A DNA stretch of 64,000 nucleotides from a virus. Made by a program: the position numbers and the translations under genes. Positions 39,084-49,100 of the stretch are shown here, in pieces (position 1 is the first letter of the stretch; each line of letters starts with the position of its first letter). The stretch spans positions 3,759 to 67,758 of the IMG/VR virus record IMGVR_UViG_3300020438_003204. The stretch is one strand, 5' to 3'. A model generated the notes under the pieces. That model was not told the DNA's origin, made no database searches, and saw only the letters and a program-made list of their open reading frames with translations.

Positions 39084-39993
39084 TTACTTTTTCCGCCTCA
39101 TCTAAATTTTCTAATAGACCAAAGTAATGTCTATCTAATGCCCGCTTGTTCATAATGTGTAGATTATTTTCTTTATGTCTAACTAATATATTTTTCCATT
39201 GTTCGACTCTGTTGTGTTTTAAAAATATAATGTCGTCGTGTCCGTTCATTCCTATAATATCATCTTTTTGATCCATGTTTAACAGCGGTGTATTTAGAAA
39301 GTCATGTACAAATTCTTCATTCGTAAACCCATTCATCAGATGTGTGGCAATACTTACACAAAAGTCTGTTCTAAATAATGATTTAGGAAACTGATACAAC
39401 AAACTGTAGTACTCCCAATGTTCTTTTACATGAGCCCACATATCAAAGAATATCTTACTTTCTTCACTTTGATCAAAGTAAACCACAGTACTCCACCAAT
39501 GCTGAATGCCACCCTCATTTAATGTTATCTCATTTATATAAGGACGCTCGCTACCAATATATTCTGCATACCTGTGTAATCCAACAGGAATATCTGTTTC
39601 AAACAGATACTGGTAAAAGTCGTTCATAATTAAAAAGTCTGTGTCTAATAGCAATGTTTTTTCAAAAGGTGTTAGTTCAAAAACTTTATGCTTATTTGTA
39701 TTGGTAAATTGTGCGTTAAACTCTGTCCAAGGACTATCCATGTGTTTACGCATATTTTGTTCGTGTTGCACATTGTTAATTATAATGTAATCAAACAACG
39801 ATTTTATTTCTTGCTGTGTCTTAGTTTCGTTCAGCCAGTTTTCAGTACCTTCGTCAGTTATGAGAGCTACTTTTATTCCGTTCATATAATGCTTGGCATA
39901 ACGTGAAGCCAGACTAGCAAATTTAGTATAATCTAGTTCTTGGTTATTGTATGCGAACATACATATGCCTTGAGGTTCAAATTTTTCTGCCAT
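39076..39993 (-). CDS. GT8-like glycosyltransferase
   Basis: G..MFAYNN..LDY, TPFEKTLLLDTD (DxD), W.TVVYF, FRTDF..S, H.MNK. Confidence 0.7.
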   Translation of the reverse strand: MAEKFEPQGICMFAYNNQELDYTKFASLASRYAKHYMNGIKVALITDEGTENWLNETKTQQEIKSLFDYIIINNVQHEQNMRKHMDSPWTEFNAQFTNTNKHKVFELTPFEKTLLLDTDFLIMNDFYQYLFETDIPVGLHRYAEYIGSERPYINEITLNEGGIQHWWSTVVYFDQSEESKIFFDMWAHVKEHWEYYSLLYQFPKSLFRTDFCVSIATHLMNGFTNEEFVHDFLNTPLLNMDQKDDIIGMNGHDDIIFLKHNRVEQWKNILVRHKENNLHIMNKRALDRHYFGLLENLDEAEKVNE

Positions 39994-40340
39994 TACCAGT
40001 CCATTAATGTTTTAATATTTCTAGCTTTTTTAATTTTATCTAGTTGTACTTTATATTCATTTGTGGATTCGGTATAAGCACTAAGTAATGATTCTAAAAA
40101 ATCAGATAGATCAGTAATCTCAATAGGATTTTCTTTAGTGTCTAATATGATACTAAACGTTTTTCCTTTATCGATCAATGTTTTTATAAAACTGATTGTG
40201 ACAGGATCAGCATGAAACACACCATTATTATAGTGAACAGTTTGTAATACTAATGCTCGTTGCTTTAGTGTATTCTTCTGATTACTTAGAGTGATGCGAT
40301 AATTTGCAAAGTCTAGAGCTTTCTCGAGTCTCTCATCCAT
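39993..40340 (-). CDS. Hypothetical protein (possible fibre-assembly or adaptor protein)
   Basis: 115-aa ORF with a strong AAGGAG RBS; D...NP..I.D...F motif; first gene after the fibre genes. Confidence 0.7.
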   Translation of the reverse strand: MDERLEKALDFANYRITLSNQKNTLKQRALVLQTVHYNNGVFHADPVTISFIKTLIDKGKTFSIILDTKENPIEITDLSDFLESLLSAYTESTNEYKVQLDKIKKARNIKTLMDW

Positions 40341-40347
40341 AGAGTTT

Positions 40348-40395
40348 CTCCTTTAGTTAACTACTACTATAACTTATTTATGCTGTGGTTGTCAA
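40348..40395 (-). promoter_or_regulatory. Composite promoter: sigma70-like TTGACA-N18-TATAGT with nested GCATAAATA, followed by an AAGGAG RBS
   Basis: TTGACA at 40395-40390, CATAAATA at 40382-40375, TATAGT at 40371-40366, AAGGAG at 40353-40348. Confidence 0.6.
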
Positions 40396-40401
40396 GTGTT
40401 T

Positions 40402-41577
40402 TTAGCTGTCGTCTACACTTGTAAATGAATTAACAATCGAACATGCTGGATTTGGCGTGACATCTAAACTAGTTGCACCGCTTGTGATTGTGTCAGGCAT
40501 TAAGATACTTAATGCAGGTGAGATTGTACCATCAATAATATTTGCATGAGCAGTATCGTCTAGTACAATTTTAAACTGTACACTTGCACCATTATCTACA
40601 TATTTGCCGTACATTCTAAATTTTAACTGTTGGTAACTACTGTAAATGCTATAACTACTAACATAGATAGTATTACTATATGTACCGCCAATAACAGCTC
40701 TTTCAGCCCAATTTGGATATATACCTTTTCCAGTTATATAACCATATGCTTGTCCGCCGCCATATCCGTAACCGTATCCATAACCGTAACTGCCTATTTG
40801 TCTACCTAGCGTAACACCACTACTTTGAAATAGTAGTCCTTCGTTTGTTGCGGCTCCGTCGCTACCATCTCCGTACTTGTCTGTTAAATCGTAAAAACCT
40901 TTGCCTTCACTAGTACCAAGTGTAGTTGCTGTACTTTGTGTCACTGTATCCCAGTCAAAGTTTAATACACCCATTTCATTGATAACATCTGCCCAGTTAT
41001 AGTATCCTGCTGTACTACCGCCGCTCATAGTTAAACTAAGTCTAAGCTGACCGCCTGCATTAAAAAAGTATCTTGCTTTGTTATAACTTCCCCATGTAAA
41101 TTTGTGTTCACCTACTAGTTTAGTTTGCCAACCTGTGGTTCTATCATATGAGCCTCCGCCAGGTGTAATAGGTATCGCACTTGCATTTGTTGGATCAATA
41201 GTTAAATGTTTGTTATTAAGTAAGACTGGGGAAAACTTGTCATCAATTTTATTTAGATCTTCTGCTCTTATAAGAGTTCCAACTCCTATATCAGTTCTAT
41301 TAGTTGGTATTGTAAAAACTAATATACTGTCTGTTAGATCTGTGTGATTAATTGAAATATTCGTCTTTGCTACTAATCCTTGTAATTGTGCCGCTGTGAT
41401 ATCATCAGCTACCGCTACAACTACGTTGCCTGATCCCCAACCATATTTGTGTGTATCAATTCTATTTGCATCTGTTACAGCCGCAGTAGAGTATATATCG
41501 CCAAATACTTTATTAACTTTTGAACCAACTGCATTAAAATGTACAGCGGTTGCAATATCACCTGGGGAATTCGCCAT
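40402..41577 (-). CDS. Virion structural (tail/fibre-associated) protein with a Tyr/Gly-rich segment
   Basis: YGWG, ARYFFNAGG..R motifs as I recall from jumbo-phage structural proteins; position after the baseplate genes; contains SYGYGYGYGYGGGQAYGY. Confidence 0.65.
   Translation of the reverse strand: MANSPGDIATAVHFNAVGSKVNKVFGDIYSTAAVTDANRIDTHKYGWGSGNVVVAVADDITAAQLQGLVAKTNISINHTDLTDSILVFTIPTNRTDIGVGTLIRAEDLNKIDDKFSPVLLNNKHLTIDPTNASAIPITPGGGSYDRTTGWQTKLVGEHKFTWGSYNKARYFFNAGGQLRLSLTMSGGSTAGYYNWADVINEMGVLNFDWDTVTQSTATTLGTSEGKGFYDLTDKYGDGSDGAATNEGLLFQSSGVTLGRQIGSYGYGYGYGYGGGQAYGYITGKGIYPNWAERAVIGGTYSNTIYVSSYSIYSSYQQLKFRMYGKYVDNGASVQFKIVLDDTAHANIIDGTISPALSILMPDTITSGATSLDVTPNPACSIVNSFTSVDDS
40759..40788 (-). 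repeat. (Tyr-Gly)5 coding repeat
   Basis: Codons TAC GGT TAT GGA TAC GGT TAC GGA TAT GGC. Confidence 0.9.
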
Positions 41578-41580
41578 GGT

Positions 41581-42492
41581 TTACTTCGCTCCAACTACTA
41601 CTTCTATCGTACCTGCTTCATCGGTAGTTTTATCTTCTAAAGCTCGTCCTACGACAAACTTCCAACTGTAATCATCTCCTGCTACCATACCCGTACCGGC
41701 TGTAGCACTTGACACAATTCTATCACCTTTATCTACTTTTCCAATTACTTTGCAAGGTACTCTACCTGCTAGTGCAATATATGGATGTGTAGCATCTGTA
41801 CCGGCACTTGCATTCATTTCAAATGCTGGTGCAGTACTTACAACTCCAAAAACTTTAACATCATTTTCTGCTGTAGTTTGTGTGACTTCTTTGTCTCCAC
41901 CTAGTCTGACTATTGTTCCAGCTGCATATTCTGCATCAGCTTCATAACGTTCTGCCAAATCAGCATATTCTGCTGTGGTTGCTGTACCCCTAAACTTATA
42001 GTCTGTTGTGCTATTCATTTGTATGCCTGCTTGAATGCTTGCAAACTGTGTGCTTAGTAGTGTAACACCATCTTCTAGTTTTTCATCATTGTGAGGTGTC
42101 CATGCTATCGTATCATCTGTCGTAATACTAACAATACTTCCGTCAACAATATGTTCTATTGTTTTATGAAAGTTACCACCTGTGTCTTTTCTGTTTCTAA
42201 ACTCAATCTTTGTTGTACCAGATCCGCTTATAATAACACTCCATACACCATTGTCATATATTTTAAGTTGACTATTTGCTGAATCATACCAAAGTTGACC
42301 TTCAGTTGGATTACTAGGAGCTGTACCGTTTGCAAAATTTTCTAACAAGTGCAACATATTTTCGTTTAGCGTTTCACCAAAACGTGTATAGTTTTTACCA
42401 ATTAGTCCAATACTAGTGCTGGTATCTATCGTTCCGTCATTTACAACTATTGCTGTTTTTCCGCTGTTGCTATAATCTATTGTGTATGGCAT
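41581..42492 (-). CDS. Short tail-fibre-like protein with a C-terminal intramolecular chaperone/autocleavage (peptidase G2-like) domain
   Basis: N-terminal GKNY..FGE..NEN..HLLENFA...P..P..GQLWYD; C-terminal YADLAERY, GVVST.P, ALAGRVPCKV.G...KGD.IVSS...G. Confidence 0.7.
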   Translation of the reverse strand: MPYTIDYSNSGKTAIVVNDGTIDTSTSIGLIGKNYTRFGETLNENMLHLLENFANGTAPSNPTEGQLWYDSANSQLKIYDNGVWSVIISGSGTTKIEFRNRKDTGGNFHKTIEHIVDGSIVSITTDDTIAWTPHNDEKLEDGVTLLSTQFASIQAGIQMNSTTDYKFRGTATTAEYADLAERYEADAEYAAGTIVRLGGDKEVTQTTAENDVKVFGVVSTAPAFEMNASAGTDATHPYIALAGRVPCKVIGKVDKGDRIVSSATAGTGMVAGDDYSWKFVVGRALEDKTTDEAGTIEVVVGAK

Positions 42493-42503
42493 ATCTTTTC
42501 CTT

Positions 42504-43103
42504 TTACAAGTCTGCAAAACTTGATCTAATTCTTAATGTGTATATAACTTGTATTTTTCTGTTAGCACTTTTTTGTACTGGGTGAAAAATAACATGGGTT
42601 AACAAATCGTTGTTGCCCGAGTATAATGCAAGTTCATCAAATACATATGTTCCGTCCATGTTAGTAGCTGTATCTAAGGTATCTTGTCCTGTTACGCTAC
42701 CATAGTCAAGTGTGCATGTTGTTACTACATCACTGTATGTATTAGGGCTAGTATGAGAAAACTCTGTACCATTATCTGCACTACCTGTTACTGCTTCATC
42801 AACTGTTTGACTAAACGTTTGATTGTATAATGCTCCACTAGCACTGTTGGTGTTAGTTGCTTTATATGTTACTGCGCCAAGACCGTCTATTGTAGTTCCG
42901 CCATTACCAAATCGCATTGTAGCAACTTGATGTGTGCTGGTTGCACCACTTTCATTGGCTAACAGACTAGCTAATGCAATGCTCATATTTTCGTAATTAA
43001 TTGCATTACGTCGACGTACTAGTACTTCGCCAGATTCTGGGTCAAGGATTTTAATATGTCCTTCTATCCCTATTAATGATGTGTCTATCTTTTCCAAGCT
43101 CAT
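42504..43103 (-). CDS. Virion structural/baseplate-associated protein
   Basis: GHIKI.D...GEVLV...NAI, FDELAL, LLTHVIFHPVQKSANR...YTLRI. Start at MSLEKI (43103), downstream of TATAAATA. Confidence 0.7.
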   Translation of the reverse strand: MSLEKIDTSLIGIEGHIKILDPESGEVLVRRRNAINYENMSIALASLLANESGATSTHQVATMRFGNGGTTIDGLGAVTYKATNTNSASGALYNQTFSQTVDEAVTGSADNGTEFSHTSPNTYSDVVTTCTLDYGSVTGQDTLDTATNMDGTYVFDELALYSGNNDLLTHVIFHPVQKSANRKIQVIYTLRIRSSFADL

Positions 43104-43122
43104 TGTTCTTTCCAATTTAAAG

Positions 43123-43130
43123 TATTTATA
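43123..43130 (-). promoter_or_regulatory. T4-type late promoter TATAAATA
   Basis: Exact T4 late consensus overlapping the stop codon of the 3765-aa gene, 19 nt upstream of the next ATG. Confidence 0.7.
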
Positions 43131-46100
43131 TCGATCCTTGCCCTGCATTTCTAATGAACGCATGTTCAGGTGAAATTCCTGCAGCACTTAGGCTTATTCC
43201 GCTGTCATTGTACGCTAAACGCAATCCGTCCTCATAATGTGAGAATTTTTGTACTGTTGGTATACGTTGACTTGGTCCTGCATTAGTAACAGTTGCACCG
43301 CTGGTGTGTGCTTGAGATGAAGTTCCTCTTGTTCCTCTAGTGCAAAACACAAGATTTTCTCCACTTACTGCATTGTATTCTATTCTTTCAGTTCCTATCC
43401 AAACCACTCCAGGTACTAATCCTATATCTCCGTCGCCTCTGTCTACTCGATCCATCAAACCAGCATCTACTAGTGGTATGGTTGTATCGGTTGCTGTTAT
43501 ATTAGCAGTTGTTGTAGTTTTGTAGGTATCAACAATAGCAACACTTTCTTGTAATCCTTGCGGTTCGTACATGTTAATTCTAAATGTTCTGGTATCTGCT
43601 GTCTCTGTGCTTCCGCTAGCATTTGTTTGTACTAGTATACTAATATTTTCTGTGTAGTCCACAGGCATTAATTCTTCTCCCCAACCTTCTTTATCTGGCT
43701 GGTCAAAAATATTACCATCATAATCAAATTCAAAGTCTGCTGGCTGGAAGTTAAACATTGAATAATCTTCATCAGTCGGAACATTACTAGAAAATCCGCC
43801 GCCACTTAATACAGTATCGCCTGCCCATGTTCTTAAGGTGTGATCTCCATGTTTGATAGTTATACATGTATTCCTACTTACTTCGTCAACTTCAATATTT
43901 GTTGATTCGCCATGTGTATTACTATCCATACTACTTAACAGTTTTGTATGGAAGGGTTTTACACTATTAAAAAAGTCTTCAACTGGTTCTATTGATGTTG
44001 GCTGATAAAACTTTTTGTTTAGTAACAGAGGACGTTTAACGTTTAAGTGTGTGTAAGTCGTTTTGAAAGCGAAATCATCTGCTGTGTTTTGTAGTAGTGC
44101 AGTAAACAACATTTTAAACCATAGCTTGTTATATTTCACTTTGTGGTGATTAATGAATATTTCTGTTCTCAGTAAGTCAAACAATTTGCTAATAACATTT
44201 TCACTTCCGCTATCAAAAGGAACAACATCAAAATTTGCTACATCAAACCCATGGCCAAACTTGCGTTGGAACCAAACTTCTTCACTTAGTTCTATTGTTG
44301 CTTTTTCCTTGAACACAAGTTTATCAGCACCATTGATAAAGTGATACATTTCACTTCTAATAATATCATCACCCGAAGTGTTTTTAATTAATATATAGCT
44401 TCCATCTATTGGTTCACCTGCATCAACATAGTCCTGCTTTGTATTGTATACTAAGTCTGGTACTGTGTTTGTAGGAAACTGGTAAGTTATATTATCATCA
44501 GCATCTCTTTCAATTAATTTCCAGTCAACTAATGCAATATAATCGTTTATATCATAAGTTATCACACCTTCAGTGAACTTTGTTGTAAATGCATTTTCCC
44601 AGTTGTTAATCTCGTCAATTACATTTACTTCACTTAGTAATGAGTTTACAGTATAAACAAAGTTTTGTCTAGCTTCTTCTAACTCTCTATACAAACTTTG
44701 TCTAGGTCTTACTTGATGTCCATATCTATTAAACTTATGTAGCTTTAAGTTAGGTATAGGCTGACTTCTTAAAATAGTTATATCGTTAATTTGTGTATTA
44801 TTCTCGAATGAAAAATCATACACTCTTTGCCAATGCGACATGTCGTTGTCGATGCTAGGTTTATTATTCTGATTACTTGCAACTCTACTTATGTAAAAAT
44901 TTCCATCATTATCTCTCACTACTGCATCTGCCGCATAAGAAGTAGAAGGTGACCAAAGGCTATATGTTTTAGTAACACTAAATCGATTGAAGCCAGATAA
45001 ACTGTCTCTAATTTTAATATGTAAGTACTCTGGGATAATACTTTGAGGATCATCTTCTGCTAACATAAGCCAGTCTTGCATTGGTAGAGCATTAAACCTT
45101 CTATCAACATCTAATTGTACTACTGTATTTTCTGTAACTGAATTACTAATACCGGACAATAATAATGTATCTGTGCCTGCTGTGGCGCACCAACTTAAAT
45201 TATATCCACTAGGGTCAGTTAATAATTGACTTAGTTGCAATACATTGTACTGTCTAACACCACTAAAGTTTGTTTTGTTTTTAACCCAGAAATAATATAC
45301 TGATTCGTTTCTTTTTGTTCTGTTATTGTAATAAGATTCTTCTGTCCAGTTGTAAACTATTTCGCTATTAATCACTGTAGTAAATGCTTCTCCGCTTGCT
45401 ACTTTTCCGTCAATAACAATTTCTTGGTCTACTAGTTCAATCCATTTTTCTGGCAATACAGGAGATCTTGTCCATTCATATATATCTATAGTTGCACCGT
45501 CAAATAGCTTGCCCCAGTTGTTTTGCATATAATCTATGCTACCTTGTTCATAGTCTAAATAAACTGCGGTACTCAAATCCCACCAACGTTTTCCAACATA
45601 GCTACTTTGCCATGCATTAATGTTCTCAACTGATCCGTCCAACGAATTGTAATTGTAATTTGCAACATCATTAGTTAGAATATAATCAATCTCATTCTTA
45701 ATAAATCCAAATATAATTCCCTTGACCGGGTCATATGTTTCTAAACTAGTAATAGTTGTTTGCTTAACAGCATCATATAGTTTAACATTATTAACCAAAT
45801 CATTTCTTGCTTGCTTATTGCCACTTCTAACTATTTGCCATTCGCCAACATTGCCGTTTGTATCGTTCCATGTTCCTACCCATTTGTAAACTTGACTGCT
45901 AGGATTGCTAGCACTTCCATCATTGTCTACAAAAGCATATATAGGATGCAATGAATTATTTTGTCTAACACCTGAAAAATTATACTTGTAAATTCCATTT
46001 ACTTTGGTTTGTCTATCTGCTTCTAGTGCAGCGTAAGTACTAAACCTCATTTTTCTTAACGGATAAATGTTACCTGTGTGTCCTGTTTTTTCAATATATT

Positions 46101-49100
46101 GATCAATATAGAATCTTCTAATGTTGTTTGGATCTACCCTAGTAACTCGATGAATGCCATCGATACTAGGTACACTATCACTACCTCTAATTAAAATGTA
46201 ATCACCAACTACTAGATTATGTGCTTGCGTTTCACCATTCTGTCTAGTTACATCAATTTGTGCTTCGTCTGCATCTTCAATTCCGCCACAAGCATCGTGT
46301 GTGTACATGCCAAAGTCCATTGTTTGATAAATTTCATGTCCTAAGTTATAGTTTCCGAATTCACTATCATCTGCAACCCAAATACTAAAAATGTTTGGAT
46401 CATTGGTCATTTGTTGAAATACTTGATTTCCATCACTTCCTACAATAGCATTAAACACATTACTTACATTGCCTGTTGTAGCACTATAAGTTTGTGCAGT
46501 TAAACCTAAGGTAGAGTTCGCAGTACCAGCTCCGACTACCAGTGTTGAATTTGTGCTTACAAGTTTAACTTTATTATTAGCAGATATCGCTGTCACACCT
46601 GTTATTGTAGCAAGATTAATACTTTCTAATATGTCAGGCAAACTTAAACTTGCACTAGTTGTACTTGTAGTTGTACTAGCAGGTGTTATACCACTACTAA
46701 GACCTATAGTTGCATTTGCTGTTCCTGATCCTATAAAGAATTGACTCAAACTACTTTGCAATCTAATTAAATTTCCTAACACACTAGCAGTAACGCCTGT
46801 AATACTAGCATTGTTAATTTGATCTACTACCTGTTGCTGAGTTAAATTAGGTGTTGATTGTACATTTGAACCTTGTGATTGTATAGTTTCTTGAGCACTA
46901 TTAAATCCTACAGTGCCATTCATTGTACCAACACTAATTGTTAAATCAAATGCAACAGAAGGAGTACTAGTTGTTTTAGTAATTGTTAGTTGACTACTCG
47001 GATTGTTGCCAGCTGTAATGTTACTAATACCTGAGGCATTAATTCTGTTTACAATGTCAATCACTGAATACTGTTTAAATCCACTGCCAGATTGTGTTGC
47101 AACCACTGTGGTTACTGCAAAGACAGCTGGAGCATTAGCTTGTAGATATATTGCAATGTCATCAGTGAATACACCGTTATTCATTCGTCCTTGACAGGTT
47201 GCTATCTGACTTGGACTAATTATCTCTGATCCGTTCGCTACATTTGTTCCTATGAAACTTGTACCCAACATATTGTTAATAAGAATTACGTCTTGGTCTA
47301 AAAATTGCTGTGCGGCTGTTGCTGTAGTGCCACCTAATTGTACTAGCGTTATTACATGAGAAATGTTTAGTCCTGCATTATTTGTATAGTAAGTTCCTAG
47401 CCATGTTGCCCATGCCGCTGCACTATTAGCCGCAATATATGCTGATCTTAAACTCTCAATTCTTGCAATTCTAGTTGTTGCTGTAGTTGCTATTGTGCTT
47501 TGGTTTTGTATCCAACTGCTGCTATTAAAAGTATTCTCATATGCTTGTTGAGCTGTGATATTAGTATTTGTTGTAATTAATTCGTTAAAGTTAACTGTAG
47601 TTCCATCAATAATTAGTGTAGCAGTTGCACTACCTTGTATCATTGGGTTAACTGTAGTTCCTGTTTTAACAATATCATTAAACGTTGTTGTTATAACACT
47701 GTTACTAAATGTTATCGTTGAGCTTGATGCACTTGTTTGTCCTAATACCAATGTACTGTCATGTGCTACTTCATTATTAGTTCTAACATCTTGCGACCCA
47801 TCAACTGTGATTACATTTAATGTTGTACTTGTTGCACTTTTGGTTAAACTGATAGTAGTACCGTCAATTACTAATGTTTGTCCTACACTAGGAATAATAG
47901 GTAGAGTAACTGTACCAACAAGTTCAATAGGATTATTAGCTGTAGTCAACCCACTAGCACCATCCGGATCTAACATCTCCCATACTCTACCAGTATGAAT
48001 TACTTTATCTCCTAGTTTATAACTAGTCTTGCTATCCCATTTGTCATAGTCTTGCCAATCCCCGTCAAAGTCATATGCTATTCTTGTTTCTGAAGGGAAA
48101 AGTAAGAAATCTTCTTTATTAAGTGCCCTATAGTCTGTTTCAGTTAATAACGGAGCACCAGCATTGATAAAGTCATTTGCAAACATACTGTTTTGATTTT
48201 GATCGTCATATGTTTTTATTTCTCTGGTTGTAAATTGTTCAGAATCTGGATTGTAAACATTTAGCGGACTAGTATCATCAATATCAATTACAATATCACT
48301 GAGTACATCATATTTTTGCCCACTTGTAAATCTAATAGGCTGAGGATCTGTTACTAATAGTCGAGGTGTTATTTGAAACTCAGTTAATTTTCTTTTGGCA
48401 GTATCTCCAAAGTCAGCCATTCTAACTGCCCACATCTCATTGAGATCAGCTGTAGCATCTCCGTTGAATAAACCTCTGTTTCTCATAAATGCATCTAATG
48501 CATAACGTGTACCTTTGTATTTGTATGTTCCTTTAACAAATTCATATACACTATCATCATCTAAATCTAGTGTATTGGCCCAATTTGGTTTATTGTATCC
48601 ACTATTAAATCTAGCAACATCACTAATTTGTTTATTGCTTAATGTATTTGTCTTAGCATAGTATTGATCTAATTGTCCAGCTACACTATCAAAGTTTGGT
48701 AATATACTATCACCATTAACTATGTGTCCTGGTGTAAACAATTTACCATTCCAGTTTTTAGTTCTGTTGCCTCTCCATATAATTCTTTCGTGTATTTGTC
48801 CTATTTCACTCGAAGCTATAACATCATCAAAGTTAGTTACATTATCAAATATAAAAACATGCTCCATTTGTACTTTGTAAAGTCGCAAACCAAACATATT
48901 AGTTGTAGTTTCTTTAGTTTGAAACACAGTTTCTTCGTCCAATGACATTGAGCTTCTGTTAATAGCAATATCACTAGCACTAATTTGTTTACCTAAGTTA
49001 CTAACAATATTATACACACCGTCATATCTTGTGTTTAAATTATCAAAGTATCCTAATCTATCATCTTGTACTGTTACTTTGTTTGGATCTGGAATCAAAT

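Noticed and set aside
1-40340. Bacterial capsule or O-antigen locus
   Set aside because: No flippase, polymerase, exporter or initiating membrane transferase; the block is contiguous with baseplate genes and shares phage late-promoter motifs.
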